A program made the translations under genes and the position numbers. Below the pieces are notes generated by a model. That model was given only the letters and a program-made list of their open reading frames with translations. It made no database searches and was not told where the DNA came from. 64,000 nt of DNA, from assembly GCA_964532205.1 (NCBI GenBank), contig CAZHGQ010000003.1, positions 4,382 to 68,381 on the forward strand. Direction: 5' to 3'. Source of the stretch: an uncultured Candidatus Saccharibacteria bacterium. GTDB lineage: Bacteria > Patescibacteriota > Minisyncoccia > Phycocordibacterales > JAKAEA01. Below, in pieces: positions 9,646-18,368 of the stretch (position 1 is its first letter; the number at the start of each line of letters is the position of its first letter).

Positions 9646-10218
9646 ATGACACCATTTGCTGAACAATTCGTTTATTTTAGTTCACTCGGTGTTGTGGTTT
9701 TGAATATTCTATTTGTTGTCGCTCTAGCTGTTTGGTTGGCGATTGGCTTAGGGAGTCGTCACTCGCTCGTGGCCAGTTTCTTTCGTTTCTTCACAGATTA
9801 TATTGAGCAGATTGGTTTTTTAGTCGCTCTAGCAGCTTTTGTTGGCAGTTTGATTTTTTCAAATATTATTGGCTTTGATCCATGCGAGCTGTGTTGGTGG
9901 CAGCGCGTGCTTATTTACCCACAGATCATTGTTTTTGGAGTCGCCTGGTATGAAAAGTGGCGACACAATAGGCGCAATGAAGGTTTGTTGCATGTTGCCT
10001 TGGTACTATCTTTACTTGGTCTCATTGTCGGAGGTATTCAGTCGTATAGCCAATTTTTTAATCCAGAATTATTGGCCGGTTGCGCAGCAGTGAGTGTGTC
10101 GTGTACAAAATTGTATTTCCAATCATTTGGCTATATTACTATCCCGGTTATGTCATTAAGCACATTCCTGTTTTTGTCTATTGTGCTCGGCATGAAAAAA
10201 TTGGTCCGACATGCATAA
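9646..10218 (+). CDS. dsbB: Disulfide bond formation protein DsbB/BdbC
   Basis: PCELCWWQR, second Cys pair, FGYITIP. Confidence 0.85.
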   Translation: MTPFAEQFVYFSSLGVVVLNILFVVALAVWLAIGLGSRHSLVASFFRFFTDYIEQIGFLVALAAFVGSLIFSNIIGFDPCELCWWQRVLIYPQIIVFGVAWYEKWRHNRRNEGLLHVALVLSLLGLIVGGIQSYSQFFNPELLAGCAAVSVSCTKLYFQSFGYITIPVMSLSTFLFLSIVLGMKKLVRHA

Positions 10219-10792
10219 TTTACTCAACTACATTGTGGCCTTTGGTTACGTTGGTATAACGCTAACCGTATTTGCGGAGTCTGGTATTTTACTGGGCTTC
10301 TTTTTGCCAGGTGATTCGTTGTTGTTTACTGCGGGTATTTTAGCTGCCCAAGGTTACTTCAATATTTATTACCTGATTGGTCTATGTGTGGTAGCGGCTA
10401 TTGCCGGAGATAGTTTTGGTTATTATCTCGGTCATCGATTTGGTTCAAAACTCTTTGATCGTGAAGACTCACTGGTTTTTAAAAAGAAATATGTTGAGAC
10501 AACAGAACATTATTTTGCCAAATACGGTGTTCGTACAATTGTTTTGGCTCGCTTCATACCGATCGTGCGCACATTCGCGCCGGTCATGGCCGGTGTTGGT
10601 CAAATGAAATACCGAACATTTCTAACATTCAATATTGTTGGTGGTATCATTTGGGCGGGCGGCCTTTTGTCGGTCAGTTATATTCTCGGCCTTAAATTCA
10701 AAGGCATTGATGGTTACTTAAATTACATCATTATCGCAATTATTTTAATCTCGGTTGTACCGATGGTGTTCGAATATTTTCGACGAAAATAA
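10211..10792 (+). CDS. dedA: DedA family protein
   Basis: FAESG...FFLPGDSLLFTAG, ARFIPIVRTFAP. Confidence 0.9.
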   Translation: MHNLLNYIVAFGYVGITLTVFAESGILLGFFLPGDSLLFTAGILAAQGYFNIYYLIGLCVVAAIAGDSFGYYLGHRFGSKLFDREDSLVFKKKYVETTEHYFAKYGVRTIVLARFIPIVRTFAPVMAGVGQMKYRTFLTFNIVGGIIWAGGLLSVSYILGLKFKGIDGYLNYIIIAIILISVVPMVFEYFRRK

Positions 10793-10793
10793 T

Positions 10794-11252
10794 ATGAAAT
10801 TTAATTCAACGGCTCGTTACACCCTTATTTTATGCTTGGTGTTGATCGTGTTAGTCGGTGCGGGTCGGTATTTCTTCAAACCAAAACCTCGTTCGCAATT
10901 GTCACAGCCGGTTAAACCAGTTGAACAGCCAGCTCAGCCAAAGCCACAACCCGTTGTTGAAGATCCAATTGTGTCTTGCGCTAAACGCTTGGCGGCTCAG
11001 ACCGAAAAAGATTCATATGTCCCTGGTAGTGTCTTGATCCGCTTCGCCGGCAGTGTTTCATATAATCAGGCCCAAGCCTTTTTGCAGAAAGCTAATCTCA
11101 CTTCAAATACCACTGAATCGGTCTATGCTGGCAGTCGTATCATGACCGTATCGACAAAACCTGGTAATGAATTTGCCGTTATTTGTGAATTTAAACAGAT
11201 GCCGTTAGTTAAAGGTGCAACACTTAATTACGTCTTTGAAATTCATCAGTAA
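10794..11252 (+). CDS. Membrane-anchored protein, Pro/Gln linker, subtilase-prodomain-like C-terminus
   Basis: TM helix, PQPKPQP linker, YVPGSVLIRF...VKGATLNY. Confidence 0.55.
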   Translation: MKFNSTARYTLILCLVLIVLVGAGRYFFKPKPRSQLSQPVKPVEQPAQPKPQPVVEDPIVSCAKRLAAQTEKDSYVPGSVLIRFAGSVSYNQAQAFLQKANLTSNTTESVYAGSRIMTVSTKPGNEFAVICEFKQMPLVKGATLNYVFEIHQ

Positions 11253-11350
11253 GATGACTGTTCTTGGTACGTCTATATCGATTATTCGTTAAAAATTAGT
11301 ATGTTGTAAAAAAGGGGGTTAGACACCTAAAATTGTGGTAGGATGGGCTT

Positions 11351-12238
11351 ATGAAAGGGAATGAACAGTCATTGGTCCAAATAACCGAACCGCAAGATCA
11401 GTATTGTCTGATTGATAGTGGTAATGGCGAAAAACTTGAAAAATATGGGGATTTCACAGTTTCGCGACCTGACCCACAGGCTTTGTGGCCAAAATCTCTG
11501 CCTGAATCAGAGTGGCACAAAGCTCAAGCGGTTTTTTCACGTTCAAGTGAAAAAGCTGGCTGGAAATTACATGAGGGTGTACCAGAGCGTTGGTCAATTG
11601 AGTTCGGAGGTTTAAAACTTTGGATTCGTCCAACTTCGTTCAAACATACCGGTTTATTTCCGGAACAACTTGAAAATTGGCAATGGTTACAAAAAGTAAT
11701 TCGAGCGCAGAGTATAACTGAACCAATTCGGATTCTTAATTTATTCGGGTATACCGGCGGCGCAAGCTTGGCTTGCGCCGCCGCCGGGGCGGAAGTTACT
11801 CACGTTGATGGCTCAAAATCAGCGACAACGTGGGCTAAAGAAAACGCTGAACGTTCCAATCTTCAAGATAAACCAATTCGCTGGATTCTCGATGACGCTC
11901 GGACATTTGTTGGTCGAGAAATCAAGCGCGGTAAAACATACCATGGAATTATCATGGATCCACCAGCTTTTGGTCACGGACCAGAAGGGCAGGTGTGGAA
12001 AGTTGAAGATGATTTTTTGCAACTCATTGAAGATTGTAAAAAGATTCTTGATCCTCAAGCTATTCTGGTTCTGCTCAATGGGTATGCGGCTGGTTACTCA
12101 GCGTTCTCATACGAATATAACTTACGAAATTTAGTCGGTGATCGCTCAGGAGTTGTTGAGCGTGGCGAATTAACAATTCGCGAATCAACCTCAGGCCGCC
12201 TCTTGCCTTCAGGGATTTACGCTCGTTGGTCAAAATAA
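11351..12238 (+). CDS. Class I SAM-dependent methyltransferase (RlmI/RlmK-like)
   Basis: KHTGLFPEQ, LNLFGYTGG, IIMDPPAFG. Confidence 0.85.
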   Translation: MKGNEQSLVQITEPQDQYCLIDSGNGEKLEKYGDFTVSRPDPQALWPKSLPESEWHKAQAVFSRSSEKAGWKLHEGVPERWSIEFGGLKLWIRPTSFKHTGLFPEQLENWQWLQKVIRAQSITEPIRILNLFGYTGGASLACAAAGAEVTHVDGSKSATTWAKENAERSNLQDKPIRWILDDARTFVGREIKRGKTYHGIIMDPPAFGHGPEGQVWKVEDDFLQLIEDCKKILDPQAILVLLNGYAAGYSAFSYEYNLRNLVGDRSGVVERGELTIRESTSGRLLPSGIYARWSK

Positions 12239-12250
12239 TTATTGTTATAC

Positions 12251-12763
12251 ATGACAAACTCTCAAGACCTTCAAAAGGAGGATTTCATTCGTCTTTATGA
12301 TGAAATAGCTGACCAGTTGTTTCGTCATTGTTTTTATAAGCTTTCCAACCGTGAGATGGCTCTTGATCTGGCTCAGGAAACATTTACCAGAACGTGGCAA
12401 TATCTCAATGCTGGCAAAGAGGTGAAGAATGTTAAGGCATTCGTTTTCAAGGTGGCCAACAATTTAATTATTGATTATTACCGTAAGAAAAAATCAGCTT
12501 CCTTGGAAGTTATGCAAGAACAAACAGGTTTTGATGCACCGGTTAACGAACACCTTGAAACAGTTAAGAAAGCCGAGGTGGATACAGTCATGGTTCATAT
12601 TAATAAATTAGACGATCGATACCGTGACGTGATCATTATGAGGTATGTTGATGATCTTTCACCAAAAGAAATTGCTCACATTCTGGGTGAATCAGAAAAT
12701 GCAGTTTCTGTCAGAATTAATCGAGCCTTAAAAAAGGTTAAGTATATGCTAAAATTATCATAA
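12251..12763 (+). CDS. ECF-type RNA polymerase sigma factor
   Basis: DLAQETF...W, ANNLIIDYYRKKK, region 4 LSPKEIAHILG..ENAVSVRINRA. Confidence 0.92.
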   Translation: MTNSQDLQKEDFIRLYDEIADQLFRHCFYKLSNREMALDLAQETFTRTWQYLNAGKEVKNVKAFVFKVANNLIIDYYRKKKSASLEVMQEQTGFDAPVNEHLETVKKAEVDTVMVHINKLDDRYRDVIIMRYVDDLSPKEIAHILGESENAVSVRINRALKKVKYMLKLS

Positions 12764-12772
12764 TAGACTTCC

Positions 12773-12967
12773 ATGAAGCAGACCATTGAAACCATCCGTG
12801 CTCACACCAAGTCAACAGCGCTCAATGAAGAGGAGCGCAAGCAAATGCGTGATTTATTAATGGATTATATTCAAAAAAATCCAATCCAGACTTCTGCTGA
12901 TTTGCCCGATTTGGATGCACCCCAGAAGAAGTCTTTGTTTAAAAGACTTTTCTCAATTTTTACATGA
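12773..12967 (+). CDS. Small protein, possible anti-sigma module
   Basis: Directly follows ECF sigma; amphipathic helix LNEEERKQMRDLLMDYI. Confidence 0.5.
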   Translation: MKQTIETIRAHTKSTALNEEERKQMRDLLMDYIQKNPIQTSADLPDLDAPQKKSLFKRLFSIFT

Positions 12968-13653
12968 AACGCCACCAGAGAATGGTGCACACACTTATAG
13001 TCATTGGAGTCAGCTTGTTTTTGGGCTTCATGTTTTTGGCTGTAAATGTTGGCAGTGAAGAATACGGACCACATATTTCCAAGACAGACCATACAGTCCA
13101 AACTCTGGCTTCAGAGGTTGCACCACGTTCTGAAACATTTTCTTTTTTTAATACGATCACTCACTTGGCTAGTCCGAGTGCACTAATTATATTCTCAGTA
13201 ATTATTGCGGCGATATTATTTTTTGTGCAGCGTCGTCGGCTGGCCGCGCTGTTTATTGTTTTGTTAATGACCACTGGTTTGGTCAGTCAGATGTATAAGG
13301 TTTTGATTGCGCGCCAGCGGCCAGCCGACATCCTTTCCGATGTTACATATTTTGGTTACGCCTTTCCTAGTGGTCACGCTCTGGCGGCTACACTATTCTA
13401 TGGCTTCTTGGCCTTTTGTATAATTCACGCCACCAGACGTTGGTGGATTCAGGTTGCTATTTTTTGCTTCGCCGCACTGCTCATTGTATTAATTGGTTTG
13501 TCTCGAATTTTCATCGGTGCCCACTGGTTTTCTGATGTTATTGGCGGCTGGTTGCTTGGCGGCTCATTATTATCGTTCTTTATCGCGCTCTTCTACATTA
13601 CCAATCGGGTTGTTACCGATCGGGAACGAAAGCGTAGTATAATGAAAGCCTAA
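12964..13653 (+). CDS. PAP2-family phosphatase
   Basis: K...RQRP, FPSGH, SRIFIGAHWFSD. Confidence 0.92.
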   Translation: MKRHQRMVHTLIVIGVSLFLGFMFLAVNVGSEEYGPHISKTDHTVQTLASEVAPRSETFSFFNTITHLASPSALIIFSVIIAAILFFVQRRRLAALFIVLLMTTGLVSQMYKVLIARQRPADILSDVTYFGYAFPSGHALAATLFYGFLAFCIIHATRRWWIQVAIFCFAALLIVLIGLSRIFIGAHWFSDVIGGWLLGGSLLSFFIALFYITNRVVTDRERKRSIMKA

Positions 13654-13663
13654 TATAATTAAT

Positions 13664-14434
13664 ATGGAACCAAACACACAACAAATCTTACAGCGCAATC
13701 GCGTGCTTACCATTGCGATGTTTGCAGTGCTTATTGCACTTTTTATTACTCTTGTTAATAAACCTCGTACGGGTGAGGTGAAGCCATCGATTTCAGTTAC
13801 CGGCTCAGCAGAAGTTACCGCCGTACCTGACACCGCTACAATTTCATTTTCAGTTATTGAAACAGCTAAAACTGTAGAGGTTGCCCAAAAGCAGGCAACA
13901 GAGCGAATGAATAAAGCTCTGACATATTTGAAGTCTGTCGGGGTTGATGAGAAGGATATAAAGACATCAAACTATAGCGTTAACCCTCAGTATGAATATA
14001 AAAATGTAACTTGTTTTCGTGCTCCATGCGAAAGCTCACAAGTCCTTGTAGGTTATCAGGCAGTTCAGGGTGTGGAAGTTAAAGTTCGTAAGACAGATCA
14101 GGCCGGAACAATAATCGGGGGATTGGGCACTGCTGGCGTGCAAAATATTTACGGCCCAAATTTTGGTTTTGACGATGATACAAAGATTCAGGACCAGGCC
14201 CGGGAAAAGGCCATTGCCAATGCCAAAGCTAAAGCTGAGGTATTAGCTAAGCAGCTCGGTGTTCGTCTCGGCAAGGTCTCATCATTCTCAGAAACATTGG
14301 GCGGATTCCCAATTGCCTATGCCGCAAAAATGGATGCAGTCTCAAGTCAGGGTTCAGCAGCTCCGGTTCCCGAGTTGCCAACCGGTCAAAACAAAGTTAC
14401 CTCGAGTGTGACAATTACCTACGAAATCTATTAA
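13664..14434 (+). CDS. SIMPL (DUF541) domain protein
   Basis: ISVTGSAEVTAVPD, AIANAKAKAEVLA, VTITYEI. Confidence 0.9.
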   Translation: MEPNTQQILQRNRVLTIAMFAVLIALFITLVNKPRTGEVKPSISVTGSAEVTAVPDTATISFSVIETAKTVEVAQKQATERMNKALTYLKSVGVDEKDIKTSNYSVNPQYEYKNVTCFRAPCESSQVLVGYQAVQGVEVKVRKTDQAGTIIGGLGTAGVQNIYGPNFGFDDDTKIQDQAREKAIANAKAKAEVLAKQLGVRLGKVSSFSETLGGFPIAYAAKMDAVSSQGSAAPVPELPTGQNKVTSSVTITYEIY

Positions 14435-14463
14435 TTGACAATCCAGACTATAGCGAGTATAGT
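14435..14463 (+). promoter_or_regulatory. Sigma70 promoter for secE-nusG
   Basis: TTGACA-17 nt-TATAGT. Confidence 0.65.
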
Positions 14464-14513
14464 ATTAAGAACTGGCCCCTCGGGGCGGTTTTTAATACCT
14501 TTAGCAATTACAT

Positions 14514-14696
14514 ATGGCATTAGGTGAATACATCAAAGAAACACGCGCGGAACTTAAACATGTCTCATGGCCAACACGTCGTCAGGCAATTATTTTCACT
14601 GCGCTCGTTATCGTGCTTTCAATCGGCTTAGCCCTCGTCCTCGGTGTCTTTGACTATTTGTTCGCCGAGGGTATCAAACTCCTTATCAATCGCTAA
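14514..14696 (+). CDS. secE: Preprotein translocase subunit SecE
   Basis: ELKHVSWPTR followed by TM; lies upstream of nusG. Confidence 0.95.
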   Translation: MALGEYIKETRAELKHVSWPTRRQAIIFTALVIVLSIGLALVLGVFDYLFAEGIKLLINR

Positions 14697-14715
14697 TTAA
14701 TTTATTACGTAATAT

Positions 14716-15261
14716 ATGTCAAAACAAAAACTTGACGAAGGTCGAAATTGGTACGTGATCCACACCTACGCTGGTTACGAAAACGCCGTGGCCCGTAACT
14801 TACGACAACGCATTGAATCACTCGGCATGGAAAACAAAATTTTCCAAGTCATTGTGCCAACTGAAAAGAAAATCAAAGTTAAAGGCGGCAAGCGCGTTGA
14901 GGAAGAAGAAAAAATATATCCAGGCTACATTCTGGTAGACATGATTGTGACCGATGATTCGTGGTACGTGGTCCGTAACACGCCACGTGTAACTGGTTTC
15001 GTTGGTTCAGGTGTTTATCCGGTACCAATTGCTAAAGAAGAAATTGATTACTTGATGGGTCGTATGTCGAGTGAAAATGTTAAACACACAATCAATCTCG
15101 ATATCAATGACCATGTCATGATTGCTGACGGTCCATTCAAGGACTTGGAAGGCAAGGTGAGTGAAGTTGATGAAGAGCGGGGCAAGGTTAAGGTCCTAGT
15201 CAACATGTTCGGTCGCGAAACTCCCGTTGAACTCGATTTCCTTCAGGTCAAAAAGATCTAA
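14716..15261 (+). CDS. nusG: Transcription termination/antitermination factor NusG
   Basis: WYVIHTYAGYE, PGYILV, KOW, FGRETPVEL. Confidence 0.97.
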   Translation: MSKQKLDEGRNWYVIHTYAGYENAVARNLRQRIESLGMENKIFQVIVPTEKKIKVKGGKRVEEEEKIYPGYILVDMIVTDDSWYVVRNTPRVTGFVGSGVYPVPIAKEEIDYLMGRMSSENVKHTINLDINDHVMIADGPFKDLEGKVSEVDEERGKVKVLVNMFGRETPVELDFLQVKKI

Positions 15262-15367
15262 ATTCTACTCTTGATTTTTCCCAAATAATCAGTATTATAG
15301 GGGAACTGTTACGCGTATTTAGTAGCCATTGAGCTTCAGACAAGGGCTACAGACAATAACATTTACT

Positions 15368-15790
15368 ATGGCAAAGAAAGTCGTAAAAATCTTAAAAATG
15401 CAGATCCCGGGTGGTAAGGCTGTACCAGGTCAGCAACTCGGTCCAGTACTTGGTGGTGCTGGTATCAACATTGGTGAATTCGTAAAACGATTCAATGATG
15501 AAACAAAGACTCGAGTCGGTGAGACTGTTCCAACAATTGTGGAAGTCTACGATGATCGATCGTACAAGATGATCTACAAACTTGAACCAGTTGCTGCGAT
15601 GATTATGAAATCAATTGGCATCGAAAAAGGTTCAGGTAAACCAAACACTTCAAAGGTTGGCACAATCACCAAAGCAAAAATTAAAGAAATTGCTGAAAAG
15701 AAAATGCCGGACCTCAACGCTGCTTCAGTCGAAGCCGCAATGCGAATTGTTGAGGGTCAGTGCCGTTCAATGGGTGTTGACGTCAAATAA
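15368..15790 (+). CDS. rplK: 50S ribosomal protein L11
   Basis: GINIGEF, IAEKKMPDLNA, RSMGV; ATG at 15368. Confidence 0.95.
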   Translation: MAKKVVKILKMQIPGGKAVPGQQLGPVLGGAGINIGEFVKRFNDETKTRVGETVPTIVEVYDDRSYKMIYKLEPVAAMIMKSIGIEKGSGKPNTSKVGTITKAKIKEIAEKKMPDLNAASVEAAMRIVEGQCRSMGVDVK

Positions 15791-15800
15791 AAATTGTTCA

Positions 15801-15841
15801 ATAACAAAGGCCGCGCGTACGCGCGGCCTTTGTTATCCACA
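15801..15841. terminator. Perfect palindrome/terminator after rplK, overlapping a DnaA-box consensus
   Basis: ATAACAAAGGCCGCGCGTACGCGCGGCCTTTGTTAT; TTATCCACA at 15833-15841. Confidence 0.7.
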
Positions 15842-15942
15842 AGATACCCACAAATCAATTTTCTTTTGCACGTAATAGTTCTATAATGAGTCAGTATTAA
15901 AACATACCCAAATCTTGTCTCAATTTGGTGTTCAAATATTTT

Positions 15943-16605
15943 ATGGCCTTGCACATTATTAAAAAGAATCTCAAGAGGTCAGTCACAGTATCACTCATTT
16001 TATCCTTGGTAATTTTGACAGGGTATGTCACCTACGAAGGATCGGTGGTCTATGCTGCCTCGGCAAATACGAACGTTGTGGTAACGTTGCAGGTTGATAC
16101 TGGTATTAGTATCACTGCAGACAGTGCTACAAAAGTAATGAGTAATAGTTTGGGCGTCAGTTCTCACACAGCTGTCGCAACTTCGACATTTACAGTGGCA
16201 ACTAACAACGCCATCGGTTATACCTTGGCATTAAATGCCTCGACAAATCCGGCTATGAAGTCGGGTTCAAACTATGTTAGCGATTATGCTACAACAACGA
16301 ACCCAAGTACGTGGTCGGTCGCTTCCGGTGATGCGCGGTTTGGTTTTTCTGCGTTCGGTAATGACGTGAATACTACAACCTGGGGAACTGGTAGTTTCTG
16401 TAACGGTGCTGCTACAAGTACTATTTCGACAACGTTGAAGTATTACGGTTTTTACACAAATGCTACAACTACAGCAACTCGTGCCTCAACAACCACACCC
16501 TCTGGTGTAACAACAACCGTTTGCTACGCTGTACAGCAAAACAACACATATATTCCATCTGGCACATATACAGCCACAATTACTGGTACGGCAACAACGC
16601 TCTAA
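15943..16605 (+). CDS. Secreted Thr-rich WxL-like subunit
   Basis: Signal peptide; C-terminal PSGTYTATITGTATTL; paralogous to 17611-18363; start codon approximate. Confidence 0.6.
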   Translation: MALHIIKKNLKRSVTVSLILSLVILTGYVTYEGSVVYAASANTNVVVTLQVDTGISITADSATKVMSNSLGVSSHTAVATSTFTVATNNAIGYTLALNASTNPAMKSGSNYVSDYATTTNPSTWSVASGDARFGFSAFGNDVNTTTWGTGSFCNGAATSTISTTLKYYGFYTNATTTATRASTTTPSGVTTTVCYAVQQNNTYIPSGTYTATITGTATTL

Positions 16606-16615
16606 CACTTACCAT

Positions 16616-17596
16616 ATGAAAAAAACCTTGACCTTGGGCCTGATATGTTCAATCCTGGTCATCCCTCAGGTTGCGGTTTTTGCGCAGGCTCAGAATTCTC
16701 CAAAGTTACGTATTGATACAATTAACGTTGAGGCCAAAAATGACTTCGTGCTTGAACCAGGTAAGGCCCAAATCTTCGTTAATCCAGGCGATACGATTAC
16801 AAAGGAAATTTATATTACAAACCGCGTACCTGGCCAAACCACATTTCGAGTTGAAATTCAGGATATTAAAGGTAGTTCTGATCCAAATCAACCCGTGGTT
16901 ATCTTGGACGGTGAGCGAGGTCCATACTCAGCCAAAGATTTTATTACTGCTAACCCAGGACTATTTACATTGTCATTTGGCCAGCGTCTGACGATTCCGG
17001 TTACAATTACGATTCCTAAAGATACACCACCGGGGGATTACGACTCATCGGTGTTAATTTCGAATTCACCGACTGTGTTAGGTACGTCAACTGACAACAC
17101 AACCACTCAGGGTCAAACACGAATTATTTCTCGACTCGGTACTCTGTTTTTAATCCGAGTTAATGGCGATGCGAATGAAAGTGGTCAGCTTGAAGAATTC
17201 AAATTAGCTGGGCCAAAAAAACTTTTCTATACAAAGGGTCCGTTTACATTCGAAGCGCTTTTCAACAACACTGGTAATGTTCACTTGGTACCGTACGGTA
17301 TGATTACGATTCGAAATATTTTTGGCAAAACTGTGGCTCAAGTACCGGTTGATGCGTATTATTCGTTGCCAAGTTCACTGCGTCATCGTTCTGTTACGTG
17401 GGATGTGTCTATGCTTTTGGGCAGATACAAAGCCACGCTTGAACTGCATCGAGGATACGGCACGGCAGTTGATACAATGGCTGTTTCATTTTGGGTAATT
17501 CCATGGAAGATTCTCTTGGCTGTCTTTGCTGCGGTATTTGTTCTAGCACTTCTGCTTATCATTTTCTTAAACATGTTCGAGTTGCGTCGTAGGTAA
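16616..17596 (+). CDS. DUF916/DUF3324-like (WxL-interacting) membrane-anchored protein
   Basis: IPKDTPPGDY, FNNTGNVHLVPYG.ITIRNIFG, GRYKATL, FWVIPWK plus C-terminal TM. Confidence 0.7.
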   Translation: MKKTLTLGLICSILVIPQVAVFAQAQNSPKLRIDTINVEAKNDFVLEPGKAQIFVNPGDTITKEIYITNRVPGQTTFRVEIQDIKGSSDPNQPVVILDGERGPYSAKDFITANPGLFTLSFGQRLTIPVTITIPKDTPPGDYDSSVLISNSPTVLGTSTDNTTTQGQTRIISRLGTLFLIRVNGDANESGQLEEFKLAGPKKLFYTKGPFTFEALFNNTGNVHLVPYGMITIRNIFGKTVAQVPVDAYYSLPSSLRHRSVTWDVSMLLGRYKATLELHRGYGTAVDTMAVSFWVIPWKILLAVFAAVFVLALLLIIFLNMFELRRR

Positions 17597-17610
17597 AAGG
17601 GATTAGGACT

Positions 17611-18363
17611 ATGAATCTTTCTCCCCGAATGATAATTGGAGTTCTCATCTTGCTATTTTGTTTGCCACTTTCGATGATGGCTGCGGTTATGTCGAGCTCA
17701 AATTATAAAATTCAGTCTGACAGCATCAACTTTGGCGGTGGTAGTTCGGCTTCGACAAACTATCTCGGTCAAGATACTTTGGGTGAAATTGGTACTGGTG
17801 ATTCATCGAGTGAAAATTATCGTATGCATGCGGGTTATCAGCAAATGCAGGAAAGTTTTATTTCGCTTTCCGTAACTGGTAATCCAAATTTGGGTAATAT
17901 GGGTGGTATTTCTGGGGGTTCGACGATTGGTTCGACAACCTGGAAAGTTATTACTGATAGTCCGAGCGGTTATCAAATGACTACTCAAGCGGCCACCAGT
18001 CCGGCCATGCAAGGAACGCTCGGAGCCTATTTCTCAGATTACAATCCAGCCGGTGCGCCAACTCCTGATTACACTATGACTGTTGGTTCTGGAGAGTCGG
18101 CTTTCGGTTTTTCACCTGAAGGTACAGACATAATTGCTACGTATCGCGATAATGGTAGCGCTTGCAATACTGGCAGTTCTGATAATACAGATCGATGTTG
18201 GGATGGTTTTAGTACGTCACCAAAAGTAATTTCACAAGGCACAGGCGCCACACTTACCGGTACAGATACCGTGCTTAAGTTTCAAGCCAAGATTGGAAAT
18301 GATAAGATTCAAGATGCACAGTCATATTCTGCGACAATCACTGTGACCGCTGTAACACTTTAG
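17611..18363 (+). CDS. Secreted WxL-like subunit (paralog)
   Basis: MSSSNYKIQSDSIN N-terminus; AFGFS motif; ends YSATITVTAVTL. Confidence 0.6.
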   Translation: MNLSPRMIIGVLILLFCLPLSMMAAVMSSSNYKIQSDSINFGGGSSASTNYLGQDTLGEIGTGDSSSENYRMHAGYQQMQESFISLSVTGNPNLGNMGGISGGSTIGSTTWKVITDSPSGYQMTTQAATSPAMQGTLGAYFSDYNPAGAPTPDYTMTVGSGESAFGFSPEGTDIIATYRDNGSACNTGSSDNTDRCWDGFSTSPKVISQGTGATLTGTDTVLKFQAKIGNDKIQDAQSYSATITVTAVTL

Positions 18364-18368
18364 TTAGT

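Noticed and set aside
14464-14513. tRNA-Trp often found before secE
   Set aside because: Only a small GC hairpin is present; no cloverleaf or T-loop motif
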